A stretch of 64,000 bases of DNA from the IMG/VR virus record IMGVR_UViG_3300047548_001122, positions 1-64,000 of that record; one strand, written 5' to 3'. Position 1 is the stretch's first letter. Each line of letters starts with the position of its first letter. Made by a program: the position numbers and the translations under genes. The notes beneath the pieces were generated by a model. That model saw nothing but the letters and a program-made list of their open reading frames with translations. It had not been told where the DNA came from and searched no databases. Shown here one piece after another: positions 34,749 through 43,046 of the stretch.

Positions 34749-35040
34749 TGAATCGGAAGTAGATCCTGACCAAGCAGTATATAAAGATACAAGAATAGTA
34801 TGTACTAACGGTTCTTCTCTATTTGAAGCACTAAAGAAATATGGAGAAATTCCAATGCTCTCCTTGACTTCATTTAGAACATTAGCAAACGATCAAAAAA
34901 CAACTGCATCACAACTTGATTCCAGATTATTTGCAAATCCTTCTACGGGAACTTGGACGTTGGTGGAAAGACATGAAGGTGATTTATATTGTGTCATTGG
35001 AATAGGCGAACAATTGAAACCTATTCAAAGGACTAAGTAA
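34696..35040 (+). CDS. exported hypothetical protein
   Basis: signal peptide. Confidence 0.65.
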   Translation: MKKILTLLLLLPVIAFCNESEVDPDQAVYKDTRIVCTNGSSLFEALKKYGEIPMLSLTSFRTLANDQKTTASQLDSRLFANPSTGTWTLVERHEGDLYCVIGIGEQLKPIQRTK

Positions 35041-35044
35041 AAAT

Positions 35045-35212
35045 ATGTTTTACGCTCTTTTCGTAACATTTGTTTTGAACGGTAATCCTCCTGTAGAACA
35101 GAGATGGAAAGCATATGAAACGTTTGATGAATGTTGGGAAGCAGCTACAATAATAGTAAGAGGTAGAGATAATTTTACCGCAAGGTGTGTTTTAGTTGAA
35201 AGTAAAGAATAG
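35045..35212 (+). CDS. 55-aa hypothetical protein
   Basis: hand-translated MFYALFVTFVLNG...ARCVLVESKE. Confidence 0.55.
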   Translation: MFYALFVTFVLNGNPPVEQRWKAYETFDECWEAATIIVRGRDNFTARCVLVESKE

Positions 35213-35540
35213 AATTGTTGTAATCCCTTCAAAGTGAAGGCATTCTGGACGTGGGTTCGACTCCCACCATCTCCACCAAAAGCGCAGATAGACGCTATGT
35301 TGGCTTCAGATCGCAACTAGCGAACATACGCGAGACAGGTTCCCACTACGAACTTCTGTGCTTTTGATGGGGATGACCTGGTTTCGACAGGGTGAGATAA
35401 TGGAGAAGGCAACACGGTAGGCGATGACCGTAAATCAAGCAAAAATAGTAACTGCAAACGATGAAAGTTACGCTCTAGCAGCTTAAGCTCTAGATGAGGT
35501 TTCGCAAGGTGTGCCTTATAATCAAAACACCTTGCACCAA
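35213..35540 (+). ncRNA. ssrA: circularly permuted two-piece tmRNA; tag ANDESYALAA (35454-35486)
   Basis: T arm and CATCTCC-A-CCA (ends 35278) precede GGGGATG..GGTTTCGAC (starts 35369); G3.U70. Confidence 0.93.
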
Positions 35541-35640
35541 ATCACTTAGAGTAGATTAATGATTTTCTCTACTTGACTTTTGATTACATTATGATATATA
35601 ATTTCACATGGCTATTGGCCATGACAACTAGGAGAAAACT

Positions 35641-35715
35641 ATGAATTGGACTACACCTTCAGCACAAGATATGCGTTTCGGTTTCGAAATCACGATGTAT
35701 ATCGCAAATCGTTAA
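35641..35715 (+). CDS. pqqA: PQQ precursor peptide PqqA
   Basis: MNWTTPSAQDMRFGFEITMYIANR (E-x3-Y); AGGAG SD; TTGACT 35573..TATAAT 35597. Confidence 0.93.
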   Translation: MNWTTPSAQDMRFGFEITMYIANR

Positions 35716-35844
35716 TTGAAATAGTGGGTTTGGTGGCATCACCCGGATTTTTCCGAAAAACCACCAACCGTAACATAAAAAACACTAAATACAATACTGG
35801 CATCACACACACTCGCCAGTAAACACACAACACAGGAGTAACAC

Positions 35845-36117
35845 ATGAGTAATCTTACCCCGTTCGAGATTCGTCTTGAACTTCTAAAAATGGCGAAAGA
35901 ACTTTTGATGGAAGAATATTATTCCAACAAAGATCGCCTAACAAATGAATGGCAAGTAAAGGTAGAGTCCGCTAAACTAAACGGACAAGTTATACCTGAA
36001 CATCCAGCCTTTCCAACATATCCCTCAGAAAATGATATCATCGTCAAAGCACAGTCTTTGAACGGATTCGTTTCTAACATCACAGCAGAAAAGACACCAA
36101 GCAAAAAGTCTGCCTGA
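35845..36117 (+). CDS. conserved phage protein (TPFEIRLELLKMAK)
   Basis: AGGAG SD, late-promoter-like CTAAATA upstream. Confidence 0.8.
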   Translation: MSNLTPFEIRLELLKMAKELLMEEYYSNKDRLTNEWQVKVESAKLNGQVIPEHPAFPTYPSENDIIVKAQSLNGFVSNITAEKTPSKKSA

Positions 36118-36163
36118 CGGGACCAGATGTGCTTCGGCACATCTCTAACTTATAGGAGAAAAT

Positions 36164-36724
36164 ATGCGTTTTTTAATTTTATTAACTAGTTTTATATTTG
36201 CTTTATTTTTATATACATTTGCGGCAGCATTTTCAAGTGTAGAAATACCAACGAAATTAAATGTTAAACTTACTGATTTAAGTAAAACAGCTAGACAAGA
36301 AGTAGAATGTTTGGCGCAAAACATTTATTTTGAATCAGCACAAGAACCTGTCGAAGGACAAATTGCTGTTGCATTTGTCACCTTGAATCGTATGAAAAGT
36401 GGACAATTTCCCAACACATATTGCGATGTTGTAAAACAAAAGACATACAATGATAGGTATGTTGTTTGCCAATTTTCTTGGTATTGTGAAGATAGGCCAT
36501 TGGCGATCTTGAGAGGTAATGGCTTGACAACTAAGAACAATATGTTGTATAATAACATTGTTGATTTATCTTTGAACTTTTATTTAAATAATAATAGTAT
36601 GAAAGATCCAACTAAAGGTGCTTTATTTTACCATGCCGATTATGTTTCACCTGGCTGGCCAAATATGAGAAGAACAGCTTACATTGGTAGACACATTTTT
36701 TACAACAAAGTTAGACATGTTTAA
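36164..36724 (+). CDS. cell wall hydrolase, SleB/Hydrolase_2
   Basis: CLAQNIYFES, GQIAVA.VTLNR, CQFSWYC, GALFYHA, IGRHIFY. Confidence 0.9.
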   Translation: MRFLILLTSFIFALFLYTFAAAFSSVEIPTKLNVKLTDLSKTARQEVECLAQNIYFESAQEPVEGQIAVAFVTLNRMKSGQFPNTYCDVVKQKTYNDRYVVCQFSWYCEDRPLAILRGNGLTTKNNMLYNNIVDLSLNFYLNNNSMKDPTKGALFYHADYVSPGWPNMRRTAYIGRHIFYNKVRHV

Positions 36725-36741
36725 AATTGAAAGGAAAATGA

Positions 36742-36999
36742 ATGGATAAGGAAACAATCTTGACCAACAATAACACTAGAAGTTATGCTATTATTTTTTC
36801 AGTGACACTTATTGTTCTTGGAGCTATTTCTGCACTTTGCATTTATGGTTTGAATGAAAGACGATTGATGGCAGCAAATATTGAAAATGCTATTAGTAAA
36901 GGTATTGACCCACTTTCGGTTCGATGTTCTTATGCTCGTGGTGATGACATTATTTGTGTAACTCATGCAGCAGCAGGTACTAGACTAACCGGCCGATAA
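36742..36999 (+). CDS. small membrane protein
   Basis: TM helix. Confidence 0.7.
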   Translation: MDKETILTNNNTRSYAIIFSVTLIVLGAISALCIYGLNERRLMAANIENAISKGIDPLSVRCSYARGDDIICVTHAAAGTRLTGR

Positions 37000-37013
37000 T
37001 TAGGAGATATATT

Positions 37014-37286
37014 ATGGCAGTACAACAATTAGCAGTAAATGTTTTGTCAAACCCGAAAGATAGAGAGACTTTTCTTGGAGCTCTAAAAGAATGTTCGGAT
37101 TCAATGACAAGAATGGAAGCAGAAAAAGATTTCATTCGTGAGGTAATTTCAAACACATCAAAAAATTTGCAGTTACCTAAAAAACTTGTATCAAAAATGG
37201 TTAAAGTTTATCATAAACAAAATTATGATGAAGAAGTCGCTACGCATGAACAATTTGAAACTCTTTATGAAACGGTCGTAAAATGA
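37014..37286 (+). CDS. dsbA: T4 DsbA-like dsDNA-binding protein
   Basis: KMVKVYHKQNYDEE...FETLYE; upstream of gp33. Confidence 0.7.
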   Translation: MAVQQLAVNVLSNPKDRETFLGALKECSDSMTRMEAEKDFIREVISNTSKNLQLPKKLVSKMVKVYHKQNYDEEVATHEQFETLYETVVK

Positions 37287-37660
37287 AATATACATTTACA
37301 TGTGAAGATATTGGTACTGAATGGAAAAATACTGTCGAGTTTCAAGCAATTCAAGTCGATGATATCATGCAAAACTTTAAGTATTTTTTGAAGGGATGTA
37401 GTTTCGATTCGGATTTAGTAGAATCTAGATTTATGGATGAAGATGATATGGATAACATTGAGTTGAAATTACAAGAATTTCTTCCTGAAGAAAAAAGTAA
37501 ATCGGATGCAGTTATGAAGTTCACTGTCGATTCTTTATCGTCGTGGCCTAAAAACTTTTCGGTTAAATCAGCTGATGAATGTCCAAGATGTAAACTTCCT
37601 ATTAGTGTGATGTATCGCCACGGATGCCCAGACCCTCTGTGCAAACACAATGCCAACTAA
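37283..37660 (+). CDS. hypothetical protein with C-terminal Cys cluster
   Basis: ORF track. Confidence 0.65.
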   Translation: MKYTFTCEDIGTEWKNTVEFQAIQVDDIMQNFKYFLKGCSFDSDLVESRFMDEDDMDNIELKLQEFLPEEKSKSDAVMKFTVDSLSSWPKNFSVKSADECPRCKLPISVMYRHGCPDPLCKHNAN

Positions 37661-37874
37661 AGACGAAATGATGAAGTTTGCTAAATCCATAGAATCTATG
37701 GTTGCAAACACAGATTATAATTATATTGAAGCTATTGTTGAACATTGTAAACAAACTGGTTTAGAAATAGAAGTCGCTGCTTCTCTTATCAATCAGAATT
37801 TAAAAGCGAAGATTGAAAATGAAGCGATGAACAACAATTTACTCAAAGTGAAAACCAATCAACTACCTATATGA
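37650..37874 (+). CDS. gp33: late transcription coactivator gp33
   Basis: YIEAIVEHC...LI..NLKAKIENEA; synteny. Confidence 0.85.
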   Translation: MPTKDEMMKFAKSIESMVANTDYNYIEAIVEHCKQTGLEIEVAASLINQNLKAKIENEAMNNNLLKVKTNQLPI

Positions 37875-38470
37875 TTACTGGCTATGAGGCTTTTGGAATA
37901 TATAATGCACTCAAACTACATTTTACACAAGATTCGTATGATTACTTCAAGTACAATGGTAAAACGAATATTAGTTTGAGTTCATTTGAAAATCGTAAAG
38001 ATAAATGGCATTTCACAAAGCTTTCTAAGAAGTTTAATGATAAGGAAGAGTTAATTTTTTTCATCGTATCCAATCTTTTACAGAATGATAAATTTTGGAT
38101 AGGAGATTTATTGACCGAGGATTCTGATGTTAGATATTTAAGTAGAAAAAAAGTTTTACAGTCATTATCTTACTTTTTCGAAAATGACTGTAAAAAACTT
38201 TTTGATGGTGTTACAAACCCAAATGAATTGATTTTAGTAACTGGTGGAGATCATCCTAAATTACTGAAGTCTTTTATGAGAAAAGAAATTGAAATAGAAA
38301 CCTTGTGTTTGTTGGATTCTATTTTGAATTTCGTTCCTATGTGGAAACAAAAAATAAAAGACGATATAGTATGGCCAAATCATAGGTTAAAAATCGTGAA
38401 GTATAGAGATTTTTTACCAAAAGACAAGACCAAATTTAAAGTAATTTTAAGGAAGATCATAAATGCATAG
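37871..38470 (+). CDS. gp59: helicase loader gp59
   Basis: ALKLHFT..SYDYFKYNGK, RKDK. Confidence 0.9.
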   Translation: MITGYEAFGIYNALKLHFTQDSYDYFKYNGKTNISLSSFENRKDKWHFTKLSKKFNDKEELIFFIVSNLLQNDKFWIGDLLTEDSDVRYLSRKKVLQSLSYFFENDCKKLFDGVTNPNELILVTGGDHPKLLKSFMRKEIEIETLCLLDSILNFVPMWKQKIKDDIVWPNHRLKIVKYRDFLPKDKTKFKVILRKIINA

Positions 38471-39359
38471 ACTAATTCCACTAATAATTTTATTCTTTTG
38501 TTTTTCAGCACAAGCTAAACATAAAAAACACGGACCAGTTGATCCTCGTGAACCAGCTATTATACATTATGACGTTACAGAAGATAGAGTTCTTTACAAT
38601 AAAAACATAAACCAGACCAGGCAAATTGCTAGTGTTACAAAATTGATGACTGCTATGGTCGCTTTAGATTATAGCACAAATATGAAAAAGGAACTGAACT
38701 TAGTAGGAAAAGTCAGTTCTAGTTTGCCTCGTAAATCGTATAAGAGAGGTGAATTATTTGAAGCTATGTTGATTCGTAGTGATAATGCTGCAGCAGAAAC
38801 TTTGGCTAGTGATTATCCTGGAGGTAGAAAAGTTTTTATAGAAGAGATGAATAAGAAAGCTCAATCTCTGGGTATGAATAATACAGTTTTTCAAGACCCT
38901 ACTGGATTAAGTAATCATAACACCTCTACCGCGTCTGAAGTTGTGAATATGGTTATGGCAGCAAGTGATTATCCTTTGATACTGAATACCAGTACTAAGA
39001 AACAAACTTATATTGAAACAAAATATAAGAAAAAAGTTAGAACGATCATGCTGAGAAACACAAATCGGGCTATACTCTTTGAATTTGATAATGTAATTGT
39101 AAGTAAAACCGGATATACAACACCGGCAGGATTTTGTGTTGCGATTATGGTAGAACAAAAGAAAAAGAAGGTAGTTCAACAGGAAACTTACGGAATTATG
39201 GAATACTTTGTAGGTAAACCTGGACCTAAAGATCAAATTGTGGTAAATAAGCATGTTATTGTGATTTTGGGAGCCAAAAACCCTAAAGAAAGAGTTGACA
39301 CCGTGAAAGAAATAATGTATAATAATGTTATGGATCAAGATTTGGAAGAAGTAAAATGA
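38463..39359 (+). CDS. peptidase S11 (PBP7/PbpG-like D-Ala-D-Ala endo/carboxypeptidase)
   Basis: signal peptide, SVTK, SDN, KTG. Confidence 0.88.
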   Translation: MHRLIPLIILFFCFSAQAKHKKHGPVDPREPAIIHYDVTEDRVLYNKNINQTRQIASVTKLMTAMVALDYSTNMKKELNLVGKVSSSLPRKSYKRGELFEAMLIRSDNAAAETLASDYPGGRKVFIEEMNKKAQSLGMNNTVFQDPTGLSNHNTSTASEVVNMVMAASDYPLILNTSTKKQTYIETKYKKKVRTIMLRNTNRAILFEFDNVIVSKTGYTTPAGFCVAIMVEQKKKKVVQQETYGIMEYFVGKPGPKDQIVVNKHVIVILGAKNPKERVDTVKEIMYNNVMDQDLEEVK

Positions 39360-39577
39360 ATAAGAATGATTTTGTGAATATTATGGAAAAGATTAAAAAC
39401 CTTCAGGAATATGAAGTAGAATATATTTTACCTGAAGATTTTGATTTTTATGGTGTAGTTCCTTTTGATATGAAAATATCTTCCGGTATCGCATACGTTA
39501 GATTGGTTGCACCTTCTTTAGAAGAAGCAGTAAATCGTGTTGAACGTTATTTTATGGGTGGGATGAATTATGAATAA
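39356..39577 (+). CDS. hypothetical protein
   Basis: coupled ORF. Confidence 0.65.
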   Translation: MNKNDFVNIMEKIKNLQEYEVEYILPEDFDFYGVVPFDMKISSGIAYVRLVAPSLEEAVNRVERYFMGGMNYE

Positions 39578-39779
39578 TATTACTATTACAGATAGAGATG
39601 ATTGGAAACTAAAAGTTTCTATAAATCCTTGTGATAAACCAGAAGATTGTTTTCATATATGTTTTTCTGGAGAACAGTATAATAAAGAAGGTGAGATGAC
39701 TGAAAAATCATCCTATGATTTCTTTTTAAACGAAACAGAGTTGGTATCATTAAGTAATTTCCTACTTAAAAGAAGTTAA
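39570..39779 (+). CDS. hypothetical protein
   Basis: coupled ORF. Confidence 0.6.
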   Translation: MNNITITDRDDWKLKVSINPCDKPEDCFHICFSGEQYNKEGEMTEKSSYDFFLNETELVSLSNFLLKRS

Positions 39780-39780
39780 T

Positions 39781-40275
39781 ATGATTAAAAAAATATATTT
39801 GGATATGGATGGTGTTTTGTGTGATTTTGAAAAAAGGTATTTTGACCTTTTTGATGAGACACCAGGTGAAACCAGGGACAAGAAAAATTTTAATCCTAAC
39901 TGGAAGGCCTTTGTTAAGGGTGAAAATTTTGCCAGTTTAGATTGGTATCCTGGTGGAAAAGAATTATTGGAGTTTATAAAAACTTACCCAGTGGAAGTTG
40001 AAATACTTTCTTCTTCAGGTGGAGAAAAGTTTCATGGCGAAGTTAATGTACAAAAAATTAACTGGTTAAGAAAACATGGTATTCGATACAAAGCAAATAT
40101 TGTTCCTGGTCGTAAACACAAGAAAGAATATGCTCAGCCTGATACTATTCTGATTGATGACACTGAAGATAATATACATGATTTTAATGCAGCTGGTGGC
40201 CACGGTATACTTCACAAAGATGTGGGTAAAACTAAGGCACAATTGAAAAAATTGCTTGCAAAGAATACTAAATAA
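39781..40275 (+). CDS. HAD-family 5'(3')-deoxyribonucleotidase
   Basis: YLDMDGVLCDF, ILIDD..N..F..AGG. Confidence 0.85.
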   Translation: MIKKIYLDMDGVLCDFEKRYFDLFDETPGETRDKKNFNPNWKAFVKGENFASLDWYPGGKELLEFIKTYPVEVEILSSSGGEKFHGEVNVQKINWLRKHGIRYKANIVPGRKHKKEYAQPDTILIDDTEDNIHDFNAAGGHGILHKDVGKTKAQLKKLLAKNTK

Positions 40276-40349
40276 ATGATATACTATGATTTATGTGGAT
40301 AACCCGTTTTATACACCGTTAATACTACGTTTATACGAAAGGAAGTACT

Positions 40350-41240
40350 ATGTCTAGTTTTGCAAACCTCAAACGCAATCGCAGTTCTTTGGAAAAACTA
40401 ACCAAAGCTCTCGAATCAAATACTCAATCAACCGAATCAAACTCAAAAGACGATAATCGATTCTGGCAACCATCTGTTGATAAAGCAGGTAATGGTATGG
40501 CAGTTATTCGTTTTCTTCCAGCACCAGCTGTTGATGGTGATGAAGGACTACCTTGGGTTCGAATCTTTCACCACGGTTTTCAGGGACCAGGCGGTTGGTT
40601 GATCGATAACTGTTTAACTACAGTAAATGAAAAGTGTCCTGTATGTGAACACAATTCAACACTATGGAATTCTGGTGTAGAAGCTAATAAAGATATCGCA
40701 CGTAAACAAAAGCGTAAACTATCTTATATCGCAAACATTTATGTTGTTTCCGATCCTAGCAATCCAGAAAATGAAGGTAAAATCAAACTATTCAAGTTTG
40801 GTAAAAAGATTTTTGACAAGATTACAGAAGCAATGAATCCAGAATTTGCTGATGAAACTCCTGTAAATCCTTTTGACCTTTGGGAAGGCGCTAACTTCAA
40901 ATTGAAGATGCGTAATGTGGAAGGTTATCGTAATTATGATAAATCAGAATTTGCTGATAAGTCGGCACTTCTTGATGGTGATGATGAAAAACTTGAAGAA
41001 CTTTGGAAGAGCGAATTCTCACTCAAAGAATTTACTGAGAAGAAGCACTTCAAGGCTTATGACCAACTCAAAGCTCGTCTTGATAAAGCTCTAGGTTTTG
41101 AGTCTATTGCTCCAAAAACTAAAGCTGAAGATTTCGTTGCGAAAACTTCTCCTGACTTAGAAGAAGCATCATCATTTAATACTTCTGGTATTGATGATGA
41201 CGATTTGGATTATTTCAAATCACTTGCTGAACAAGAGTAA
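40350..41240 (+). CDS. gp32: ssDNA-binding protein gp32
   Basis: AVIRFLPA, HGFQGPGGW, C..T....CPVC, acidic tail. Confidence 0.96.
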   Translation: MSSFANLKRNRSSLEKLTKALESNTQSTESNSKDDNRFWQPSVDKAGNGMAVIRFLPAPAVDGDEGLPWVRIFHHGFQGPGGWLIDNCLTTVNEKCPVCEHNSTLWNSGVEANKDIARKQKRKLSYIANIYVVSDPSNPENEGKIKLFKFGKKIFDKITEAMNPEFADETPVNPFDLWEGANFKLKMRNVEGYRNYDKSEFADKSALLDGDDEKLEELWKSEFSLKEFTEKKHFKAYDQLKARLDKALGFESIAPKTKAEDFVAKTSPDLEEASSFNTSGIDDDDLDYFKSLAEQE

Positions 41241-41242
41241 AA

Positions 41243-41268
41243 GAAAACCCACCGAAAGGTGGGTTTTC
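41243..41268. terminator. bidirectional terminator
   Basis: GAAAACCCACC-GAAA-GGTGGGTTTTC between convergent genes. Confidence 0.85.
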
Positions 41269-43046
41269 TATATTAATTTTTGAGCTAAAATTGGTAAATA
41301 ATCGTTTTGAGTAGTATCATCACTTAATGCAATATTATTGTTTTCAAAGGTGGTATTGTTGACTATGACGACAGATGATGAATCTAATATACTATCAGTC
41401 ATTACATCAAATGAACTCATTTCTATTCTTTCTCCAGAATCTGGTGACATTATATTTTTAAACAAAGAAGAAACTTTGTCTGGCTTCTTTTCCGCTTCTC
41501 TTAAATTTAAAGGCTCATTTCCAAACTTTGACCTTCTACTTTGTAGATAAGAAGTTCCTGATTGTTTCAACCAGTCATTATTTGCCAAATATATTTTTTG
41601 CATTTTTTCATTACCAGGAAACAGTATTTCAACCATAGATCGATTTGCTGTTCCTTCTCGCTCAGCCTGCAATACCTTAGGTACATTGTGAGCTCCTATA
41701 CCCCAAGCCATTCCTAAATTTGCTGGAGTAACAGGAATTTTATTTTTCTCAAAATATGCAACATTTCCCTTCATTAATTCTACTGATAATATGTCTTGAG
41801 TTTTTTCATTAAAAAGGGTATTCATAGATAAACCGGTTCCCGCCAATATGCCAGGCGCGTAACCTTTTTCTCCTTTTTTGGGACCACCAGTCAGTTCTGT
41901 TCCAAATAATGTAGATGGCATAAATTGAAGGGCTCCAACAGCGGCTTGTCCTGGACTAATTTTATCTCTCGCTAACTGAAATTTAAGAACTTCCTCTAAT
42001 GTAAATTCTGTTAATTTTTTTCTTTTTCCTAAAAATTGTTCTGAGTATTCTTCAGCTGTTTGTTGTTGTTTAAAATTTGGATTAAGTTTCTTCTCTTTAG
42101 TTATAGGATCTGTTATGAATTTTTTATAAGTAAATTCTCTTCTGCCTGTTTTTTTATCTACAGTACTTTCTCCAAATGCAATATCATAATTTTTTGCAGA
42201 TTCGGATGCTTTAATCTTATCAAATACCTCTTTTAAACTAAAATAACCAGCAGGAATTTCAACGTTTGGCTGTATTACTTCAGCAGCATTTGCTGATGGT
42301 ATAAGATTAGTTACACCTTCTGTTATATTTTTTCCTATATCTTCTACGTTTAAATTTTTAGCTTTTAACATTAGAGAATCTATTAGTTCATTAATAGAAA
42401 CTGTTAAATTATTAGTAAAATCATCAAAAGATTTTTTTAAATCTATATTTTTGACTTTATCGATTGCAGTGGAAATTCCTTTAAATGCAAGAAACAATAA
42501 TCCACCAGCACCAAATACCAATAACATAGTACTTAAAGAACTACTAGATTTATCACTCTCTATCTTCGTGGGTTTTTTTGACTGTTCTCTTAATTTAGAT
42601 AATTGGGATTCATATTGTTGTTCTCTTCTAGCTGCAGCTTTAAAATACATGTCAGCTTTTGTTGCTGCATCCATTTTTTCCAATTTCAATAGTTTTACTA
42701 CATTTTGTCTAATTACATTAAAATCTCTATGAATTGATGGAAGAACAGATAAATTTTTTGTAGTGAGTGTAGTATTGTATTGTATTTGCTCGAATAGTGG
42801 TTTAACGTCAGAAACATCCATTGAAGAATCTTCAATGGATTTTCCAGTGGTTCTAGATGTTCCAGAAGTTTTTGCTTTGAATGGTTTTAAACCAGGAAAA
42901 AGAGATGCTAATAAACCTTTCTGATTTATAATTTGTCTAGGATCAAACTTTTCTTTTAATCTCTCTTTAATGCCGCCAGCTAAAGATCCGGTGACACTAC
43001 CACCTTGACTTCTTCTGTGAGCAACTATATCGGATAATCTTGACAT
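41268..43046 (-). CDS. tail/baseplate-hub-associated protein with lysozyme-like domain
   Basis: IKASES..NY, AVGALQFMPSTL; N-terminus paralogous to next gene. Confidence 0.65.
   Translation of the reverse strand: MSRLSDIVAHRRSQGGSVTGSLAGGIKERLKEKFDPRQIINQKGLLASLFPGLKPFKAKTSGTSRTTGKSIEDSSMDVSDVKPLFEQIQYNTTLTTKNLSVLPSIHRDFNVIRQNVVKLLKLEKMDAATKADMYFKAAARREQQYESQLSKLREQSKKPTKIESDKSSSSLSTMLLVFGAGGLLFLAFKGISTAIDKVKNIDLKKSFDDFTNNLTVSINELIDSLMLKAKNLNVEDIGKNITEGVTNLIPSANAAEVIQPNVEIPAGYFSLKEVFDKIKASESAKNYDIAFGESTVDKKTGRREFTYKKFITDPITKEKKLNPNFKQQQTAEEYSEQFLGKRKKLTEFTLEEVLKFQLARDKISPGQAAVGALQFMPSTLFGTELTGGPKKGEKGYAPGILAGTGLSMNTLFNEKTQDILSVELMKGNVAYFEKNKIPVTPANLGMAWGIGAHNVPKVLQAEREGTANRSMVEILFPGNEKMQKIYLANNDWLKQSGTSYLQSRRSKFGNEPLNLREAEKKPDKVSSLFKNIMSPDSGERIEMSSFDVMTDSILDSSSVVIVNNTTFENNNIALSDDTTQNDYLPILAQKLI

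Noticed and set aside
35050-35316. Minus-strand 88-aa ORF
   Set aside because: Antisense to the tmRNA acceptor piece.
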